Shown one piece after another: positions 54,770 to 64,000 of a stretch of DNA of 64,000 nt (position 1 is its first letter; every line of letters starts with the position of its first letter). This stretch comes from the human T2T-CHM13v2.0 reference genome, Homo sapiens. Position numbers and translations under genes: made by a program. The notes beneath the pieces were generated by a model. It worked only from the letters and a program-made list of their open reading frames with translations, did no database searches and had not been told where the DNA came from. The stretch is from NCBI RefSeq assembly GCF_009914755.1, contig NC_060928.1. The stretch is one strand, 5' to 3'.

Positions 54770-55480
54770 TATTAATTCAATACATATTTAATTTAGTGCC
54801 TACCATGCTCCAAACACCTTTGTAGATTGTAGAGATAAACCAATGAGGAAAACAGTCAAAAATTTAGGATCTCATGGAGCTAATGGTCAAGTGGGATATG
54901 ACATAATAAACAAATCAATAAGCATGAGATAAGTATGTCAGATGGTGAGTGACATAAAGAAATATGAAGTCAGGGAGTAAGTAAAAGTGCATGAGGTGAT
55001 GGGGGCAATTTTAAATAGGGAGGAGAGAGAAGGCCTTACTGAAAAGGTGACATTTGAGCAAAAACCTGAAAGGCATGAAGAATGAGTTCTTAAAGATAAC
55101 TAAAACAAATGCCTCAGGTGAAAGGAAAAGGAAAATCAAAGGTGCTGAGGTCAGAAGTACTTGAAGGACACCAAGCAGACCCTGTTTAGCTAGAACAGAG
55201 TGAACGGGGTGGCAAACAGAAGAGCTCAAGATGTAATAGGATTTTGGAAAGGAGTTAGGTAGTGTAGGGTCTTACGTTGCAAAGATTTCAGCTTATACTC
55301 AAATAGGAAACCATTTACTATAGGGGGAAGACTGTAAGAATAGCTTTGAAGAAATGAAGATCAGGAATTTAGTTTTGAACATGTTAAATTTAAGATACAG
55401 TTTATATATTCAAATGGAGATGTCGAGGAGGGAGTCAGATATCAGGAGAAATGCACAGGCTAGAGACATAAATGTGGGAG
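54770..55480. mobile_element. L2 remnant
   Basis: ttcaatacatattt...tgcctaccatg, gaaaaggtgacatttgagcaaaaacctgaa, ttagttttgaacatgttaaattt. Confidence 0.7.
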
Positions 55481-57247
55481 GTCTGTTAGACTCTCCTGCA
55501 TCCCTTAAGATACAGCTTAAAAATCACTTATTCTGTAAAGTCATTTGCAATCCCATCTCCCCCAGTCAGAATTAATTTAATTTTGTTTATATCTTACTAT
55601 ATAAGATATAGCACTTATCACTATCTAATTTGTACTAAAAATTATTTTATATATGCCTGTCTTTTTCATCTGGAGAGATATGCTAACTAAAGAACTATGT
55701 CTATTTTATTCTTTTAATTCTAAATGCTCTCTACTATATATTAAATATAGCAAATAACCAATAAATGCTAGCCTAACTAAACGTGTTTTGGGGGATTTTA
55801 ATTGACTTCTCATAGTTTTCTTCTTAAAGGCAGGGAGCTAAATATCTATGACCTAACAAAACTTGTTCTTTCTTCTGTGCTATATATATATGCCCAAGTC
55901 AAATTTAATCTTTCACTCTCTCTCTCTCATCTTACAAGACAAATCAATCACCAAATCTTAACAGTTACCTTCTAAATATATCTTAAATGTATCCACATTT
56001 CTCTAGCCCCACTGGCATTACTGAATATAAGCCTTCACTGCTCCTTGCCTAATTAACAACTTACTGACTGCTTCCACTCTGGGCCATAGACAAGGGCAAT
56101 ACATATGTCAACACCAATCACAGCGGTCTCTTAAAAGCACAAAATCTATTCATGTCACTTCTTTGCTTCAAACTCTCCCAAGTCTCCCCACTGCACCCAG
56201 GATAAAGTTCATCCTCTTTCACAAAGCAGAAGGCCCCTCATGATTGGTCCTGAATCTCCTCTTTCCTCTTCCTTCTCTTCATTTCAGACGCTGTATCCAT
56301 GAGCCCAAGGGGCATGAGCCTACTGTACTAAATTGCTGGGACTTGTTTTACTGTAGGTATCTCCTCTAGTGCAAAAGCCCACTGAAGGCAAGAATTGTGT
56401 CATATTTGGTGCTATATCACAACCAGAGTCTGACACTGGATAAACACAATTAAAATACAAAATTTTAAAAGTAAATGATATCTCAGGGTTCCTCCAAACT
56501 TTTTAATCTAATTTACTTTTGTACAGGTTATAATTTAATAATATATTATTATATTAAATTCGGGGTTTCTAAAAAAGTATGGTTCTCCAACAATCTCCGT
56601 TTCAGATCCATTTACTACTGTCCCCATTCCAAAGTAATGAACTGGGATGACATTTATGATTCCTTCTATGTTCTAGTACCAAGTAGTAATCATTTCTACA
56701 GGAGAGAAAGAAAATAATTTAAACTGCAGCAAGTCAGATTGTACTTCACCATTAGATTGAATTTATCAACACTAAAGGAATCTGAAATGAGTAGGCAACC
56801 TCAAGAGAAGGGGAAAAAATCAATGACAATAAATTGCCTAGAAAAGCTTAGATATTTGCCTAATATTTAGATGTAGCTGTCTAGTCAAATTCATTTAAAC
56901 TTCATGAGTCTAATTTGTTACATAAAATTTGGTCATAATAATTCAAGGTTCAGGCTGAAGAAAGTAAACTATTCTGAACCCCAGTTTCTAAATTTAAGTG
57001 AATTTTAAAGATTTAAAACACAGAATCTACTGGGGATTTTAAAATATTATTTATCACAGTGATAATTCTCCAACCCAATTTTAATACTTTGTATTTCAGT
57101 CTTCAAGATTACAGATTGTTGCTACTAATTGTCTGTTTATTTTTAGATGAAGTACACATCAGAAACATCATTGTTCAAAAAGGGTGAAGGCATTCTTTCC
57201 ATAAGCCCAAACTATCCCTTGATGTGATTCCAAAACAATGCTCTGAA

Positions 57248-57572
57248 TCTGCACTGCCCCAAGACAGCAGCCACTAGCCACAAATGGCTATTGAACACAA
57301 AATGTGTGGCTAGTCTCAACACAGATGTGCCATGTAAATAGAGACATGTTGAGTATAAAATACCACTGGAAGACTTAGTATCAAAAAATGTAAAATATCT
57401 AATAATTTTATATTGATTACATATTGAAATAATATTTTGGATATATACGGTTAAGATAAATTATTAAAATTAATTTTTTTTTACTTTTAAAAATACGACT
57501 ATGAAATCATTTAATTACATAAGTGGCTTATATTTGTGGTTTGTATTATATTTCCATTGGAGAGTCGCTCTA
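57248..57572. mobile_element. MER33-like hAT-Charlie element
   Basis: agccactagccacaaatggctattgaacac...gaagacttagtatcaaaaaatgtaaaatatct...tatatttccattgga. Confidence 0.78.
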
Positions 57573-58272
57573 AGTCTACTTAGAAAACTGATCAACACTA
57601 CTGATCTGCTTCTTCAGGGAGAATAAAAACCATCATTGAGAGGTCAGATCTGAAATGGAATCACCAATGATGCAGAGAAATACAAATTATCCACAAAACT
57701 TTAAAAACAGTAAATTATGCTATAAATAAAAGATTGCTTTAGTGTAAAAAAAGGTCTCTTCTTTAAAATAAAAAGAATTAACATTTTAACCTTCATTTCA
57801 TAGGAATAACCTCAATTTTGGGTAATATTATTCTTTGAGTATTGGGAAAATTTAAGAAATAGGGATTTTAAGATATTCAAGTAACAGCTCCCCCTCAGCA
57901 AAAAAACAATTAAGTTACCAGAAATGTGACCCTATTCTTATTTTTTTCTTTCTGAAAAAATTTAAATCTTCTTCATACCTTACATTTCGTTTTTGGAAAA
58001 TCTCACAAAAACATTTTACAGAATGTATACTATATTAATCAGGCAAGGTATGCTTTAGGATCTACTCAATAAAATGATTCCTACCACCCCACCATCATAT
58101 TTCACCATCTCCTCTCTACTGTTTAACATTTCTTTAGTATTTCTAGGAACTCCAGCAAGACAATACAAATAAAGTTGACAATTATAACTAATAATGACTC
58201 CACCTGAAATATGTGATAGCTGAATGAAATATTTACATATATTTACATATATTACAGTAATTTAAGTGTGTT

Positions 58273-58530
<258 letters not shown>

Positions 58531-60393
58531 TTAAGTGTGTTCTTATATATTTATCTCTATTATAATAATTTAAATATACTTTCTAAGGTGCCAAAATATA
58601 ACATTTTAAAAATAAACAGGATCAAAACAACAACAACAGAGGCATGATTAAATTCCTCCTGTTTTAGAAAGACCAACCAACAGGAGGTTCTTTAAATAGC
58701 CTGTATAACCATATATTATACAATTGTCAAAGTATTTGAAAGTCACTAAGTTTTAGGGCCCAAATTAGCTGGTTATCAATATAAAAATGGGGGTAATTTA
58801 TCAATGCCCTACTTACTATCCTACAGATATTAGGGCATGGTGATGGAGATGGAGAAGGAGAATATACACATTGGTGGAAAAATATCAGTAGGCTTCACAA
58901 AGTAAGTTCTGAAAAACATTTTGTGCTTCCAAACATAATGAAACATATTCCAAACATAAGAGGGAGCTGGATTTGACTCCTTATTATTTGTGATGAAACA
59001 AGAATAATAAGAAAAATAAGGAAGAAGAAAGGTAAAGAAGACCATGTGATTTCTTTTGATGTTATAGTTGTTTAGATTTCTTTTTTATTTTTTTTACAGG
59101 TAGGGTATTTTAAAGAATTTTTAGAGAAAATGAAACCAGACACAAACCAATTAAAGAATCTTGAAAGAAAAAGGCTGAGGTTCAGGAAAAAAAGAAAACA
59201 AAATCACTAGCATCTATCATATGTACCTCCTGCCCATCAAAGCAATGAACAGGAATGTCTAGTACAGATAGAGGCAGAAAGCTGAAGATACCTACTATTG
59301 CTATTATAAAGCAGCAAAACATAATATTCAAATTCATGACTTCATTTTTGTTTATATTTCTAGTAGCAAACTTAGGTATGAGGTTAAAATTTGGTCATGA
59401 GATGCTTAACAAATGAAGGAATTTGGAAAGAAAAAAAAACCCACACATAAGTCTTCAATTTCATAACAAAATGTCAGGCTTATCAATATTTTCATTTCTC
59501 TTATTATTTCTCAAAAGAGTTACATAAGTAATTAAACAGCTTTGAGATTAGAGGTAAAATTTAACAAAATTATTATATCTGTTAACTATTCTTACTTACT
59601 TTTATCTAAACATCCAATTCAAAATTATTTACTGGTGATTTTTAAAGAGTATGATATATAATTTTCAAGAGTATATCAGAGTATATTATTTGTGAGATCA
59701 AAAACCCTGATAGATGTCCCAATAAAAGATTATTTTTGTATACAATAGAATCTTCTTTAATAAAGTATCTTTCACATAAGCAATGTACTCTACAGTAAGA
59801 TGTGAATACATTTTGTAGACTTTAAAGTATCATACCTAAAAGCAAGATGCAATTGTCATTATACTGAAAAAATTTTTAAGTACTCTACAGTAACATACAC
59901 ATTAGCAGTATAACTTTTCTCCTTTTGGACTCCAATATTTCTCATCTGGCACTTATTTTCTCCCATATGGTATAATTATTTATATATGTCATATTTCTCT
60001 ATGGAACTATAAGGAACTTCAAAACCATAGGGATATCTCATTATACTTAATAGATCTAACACAGTACACCTTGCAGAAAGAGACACCATTTAAAAAAAAA
60101 TAGACTGTATTTCTGTAGGTAGAAGCAAAATTCTAGTAAGGACTATTACTAGCTACTGTGCAGTTTTTGATCCTTTGATCTTTCATGCATATAGATAGAA
60201 TAACTCTTGTTTTTGCTTTATTAATAATGGAATGCTTTACTAAGCAAAATCAGGTATGCTTTTAGAACCAGCAGCAGGCAAAACACAATTATTTCAAGAA
60301 CGGGTACATAGGATATCTAAATATCTATGTCTGAGATTTTTCTCATGGTATTTTTCAGACTATAGTAATTTTGTTCACTGAGTTTGGAATTCC

Positions 60394-60691
60394 AGCCAGG
60401 CACAATGGCTCACACCTGTAATCCCAGCACTTTGGGTGGCTGAGGAAGGAAGATCGCGTAAGACAGTTCAAGACCAGCCTGGGCAACATAGGGAGACCCC
60501 ATCTTTACAAAAAATAAAAAATTAGCCTAGCGTGGTGGTACATGCCTGTGGTCCCAGCTACTCAGGAGGCTGAGGCAGGAGGATCACTTGAGCCTGGAAG
60601 GTCGAGGTTGAGGCTACAGTGAATTGTGATTGTGCCACTGCACCTCTAGCCTGAGTGACAAAGCGAGACCTTGTTTCAAGAAAAAAAAAAA
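60394..60691 (+). mobile_element. AluJ
   Basis: Dimer with TSD gagtttggaattcc / gagttcggaatccc. Confidence 0.9.
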
Positions 60692-60881
60692 AGAGTTCGG
60701 AATCCCATTACGCATGGTGCCTTACATGCTTTACATTCACACTACCTACCATATTTTCCCTTCAACAAAAAGATTCTAAAGAGAAAGGGAAAATAAAAAA
60801 AACACTCTACAACAAAAGACAGAGAGAGAGGAAGGAGAGATTCTGATAGAGGAGAGACAGTCATGTAGAACTTACAGGGAG

Positions 60882-61281
<400 letters not shown>

Positions 61282-61408
61282 TTAAGGACTTATCTTCTGA
61301 GATTTATCTTTTGTAAATAGGGCTGTATGGCAGTAGAGAAAATTTTCAACATTCACTCAACAAGTAATGCACTGGCAATAACAACTATAAAACAAAACAT
61401 TTCTGTAC

Positions 61409-61528
61409 CTTAATATCAGAGGTATCACGCTGACTGTTTCGCCAAGCTCTGGAAATTGATGAAAAAGTTCGATCTGCATGATCAAATTTGCCTCCTTGCA
61501 AATTTAGGAAATAAGTTGTAAAGGGTTC
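61409..61528 (-). CDS. LRBA: LRBA internal coding exon, BEACH domain ([40 protein letters not shown])
   Basis: 120 nt, 40 codons. Acceptor ...ttttttag|GAA, donor AAG|gtacag. Contains the BEACH motif [12 protein letters not shown]. Confidence 0.97.
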
Positions 61529-62543
61529 CTAAAAAATAGCAATTAAAAAAATCCATATGTTCCCTCAGGCATAAAAATGTGGTTTTTATAAATTCTTAGA
61601 ACTAAATACTTTAATGACTAATAGGCATTCACTAGTAATATAAACTAGGTATATAATGAGAATTATATCTAAATTATTACATTAATGTTCTCAAGTTATT
61701 TTTCCCTCAAAAGAAATATTTCTAAATATTTCAAAAATTTGGTATTTGCAACATTTTCTTCAGGTAGCCTTCCTTTCCAAGAATAATGTATTAATATCAT
61801 ACAGACATAAATTAGATGTATTTTCTTCATAGTACAGGGAATAGTCCAGTATGTAGTTTTCCTATTGTTATGGCTCAATATTTAATTTATGATTAAGAAA
61901 AGAAAAATGTTTGGATGATTTAAAAGCCTCCTCTTAGTTAAAGAACACTTAAACACATATTAGTGGATAATTGCTTGAAATTAGCTAAGCACTATAAATT
62001 ACTTCTAGGATTTATGTCTGCCTGTATCCTTCTAACAAGCTTTAATTAATGATGTGCTGCTAATGCTTTTCCGAAGAAATTGCTTTCTAGTAGATGAATC
62101 ACCTTTCAATTTCACAGAAACATTTCTTGTTTAACCAATATATTATCAATACACGACAGCCTTAGTTTTACCAACAAACTTACCTTATTCCATTTGGGAC
62201 AACCTTCCAAAATATATAAGTACATGTCTGTGTTAGTAACAACTTACTTAGTTCTTATTTTAATAGACTACATTTTAAAAGAATTTATGCTACAATTTGG
62301 AATCTGGTAAGACAGCAAGCATCTGAAGGGGCAAATTTAAGAAAAAAATTCATACAATTCCAGATGAAACATTTTTAAGGCAATACAAGCCAAATGAGAT
62401 AGAGATATTTATAATTAGAACTTCAATAATTTAAACTGACTCTTTTAGTATTCAAAAAAATATGCTTATGAGTTCTAATTTTTGCATATCCTTCACAACA
62501 CTGAATTTATTTAGCCATGGTGTATTATTCAAATTGAACTTAC

Positions 62544-62684
62544 TATTCTTAGCAGCCATGCAAGAACAAAACTTGCAGTTGAGTAATGAGTACCATAGTG
62601 AAACTTTGGAACTTGATCATCTTCCCATGATTCATAACGCTCAGCGAAGAATGCTGCTCTTTTTGGGTTCAGAGCTCCTATTGG
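62544..62684 (-). CDS. LRBA: LRBA internal coding exon, BEACH domain ([47 protein letters not shown])
   Basis: 141 nt, 47 codons. Acceptor ...ctattggcag|CCA, donor ATA|gtaagt. Contains the BEACH HYGTHYS motif. Residues match LRBA rather than NBEA as I recall them. Confidence 0.97.
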
Positions 62685-64000
62685 CTGCCAATAGGGAGGG
62701 AAAAAACAAAGAATACATCAATGTAATCATCCTTCATGTCTTCCTCTCTTCTGATGATATCCTACTGGTAAGTATAAAAGTGAATTTTAAAAATATATAC
62801 TACTTAAGCTGCAACACAGTATCATATTGGGAGTAAAAAGCAATATTTTTTCCAACAAGTTAAACACAACATATAAGTAAGTGAATGGATGAACCCATCA
62901 TTTCTCCATAAGTCTAGTTTTCATGGAACATAGGTGTTTAATCATCCCATAACAAGCATCAGATAAAGACAATTACATGAAGTGAAATATCAGCTGTACA
63001 ACACTTTGGAAAGCACCTATAAAACCACATTTAGTTAATTAGAAGCAACAACCAGAAACAGAATCTTAAAGCTGAAGGACTGACTTATAATGGGTTCTTA
63101 GAAGAGGATGAAACAAAACTGGGAGATAGGTGAGATGGAGCACAAAGGAAGAAAGAAATTGTGGGAAAACAGGGTTAAGAAACTAGAAATTTCTACTAGT
63201 GTGAGTGAAAACAAAGGATAAAAATATGCCTATATGTCTATATAGGATATATAGATATATACATATATATGTATATACTTTAACCAGAGGATTAAAAATA
63301 TGCCGGCATGAACTCTCTCTCTCTCTCTATATATATATATTATAAAATTAAAAATATCACATTAAAAATAATGCTATATATATATCGCATTAAAAAAAGA
63401 ATAGTAGACAGATTATGAACTTATACTGGAAAATAATACTTTACAGCAGAGGTCCCAGAGCAATATAGCAACATGGTGAAAACCCTGAGCTCACTGGAAT
63501 GATAATAATACTCATTCAAAAGGTTGTTTTGGAAGATAAAAATGAGTAGGTACGTTAAAGTCCAACAAACTATGCCTGACAACGTTCAATGAATGCTAAC
63601 TATGGTTTTTAAGATAATTGTTTAGAATTTGGGTTAAAGAGTTTGAATGAAATAATTGCCTTTAGCAAATTGCTTAGCATAAGATAAAGCTTAATAAATG
63701 TTAGTTGGTACCTGTATCTTTATTATTGCTACTGCTGTTGTCATTTAGGTAATACACGAACTCCATTAAATAGCAGGCAAAATTCTGTGTGATCAAGCCT
63801 ATGCATGTACATATCCTTACAAAGACGTAGAGAATATGCTTGAGAGTCTCAAAGGAGTCTAAGGCTCAAAAAATGTTAAGATCAACTGCTTTAAGTAACA
63901 ATTCATTCTCAAAAAACATTCTGATCTCTAGAAAATCTCTATTCCGTATTCAAAATGTTAAGTACCCACTCACTGAAAAAGACATGATATATAAGATTAC

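Noticed and set aside
59829-59856. Minus-strand tcttgcttttAG|GTATGA resembling a recursive splice site
   Set aside because: Short pyrimidine tract, only ~1.6 kb into a 20-kb intron, and expected by chance without RNA evidence.
62462-62836. 124-aa plus-strand ORF
   Set aside because: It is the antisense shadow of the LRBA exon at 62544-62684 and has no recognisable homology.

Overview
AT-rich, Alu-dense primate (human-like) genomic DNA lying entirely inside LRBA, which is transcribed on the minus strand. Three consecutive phase-0 coding exons of the LRBA BEACH domain are visible (62544-62684, 61409-61528, 41290-41442); everything else is intron, and the next exon is not in the window. The intron between the last two exons holds a full-length, TSD-flanked NEIL2 processed pseudogene (47381-49599) and a ~1.1 kb AT-rich 28/32-bp minisatellite. 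About 28 Alus plus L1, L2, MIR, MaLR/ERVL LTRs and Tigger/Charlie MITEs are present. The less routine observations are a ~325-bp ancient inverted duplication inserted into an MLT2 LTR, a tailless 5S rRNA retropseudogene, a candidate poison micro-exon, a possible intronic polyadenylation route to a truncated BEACH protein, a possible ancient ~4-kb inversion that splits an L1, and several motif-dense unique blocks that may be conserved enhancers. I found no credible novel protein-coding system. Repeat subfamily names and boundaries were assigned by eye from remembered consensus sequences and are approximate.
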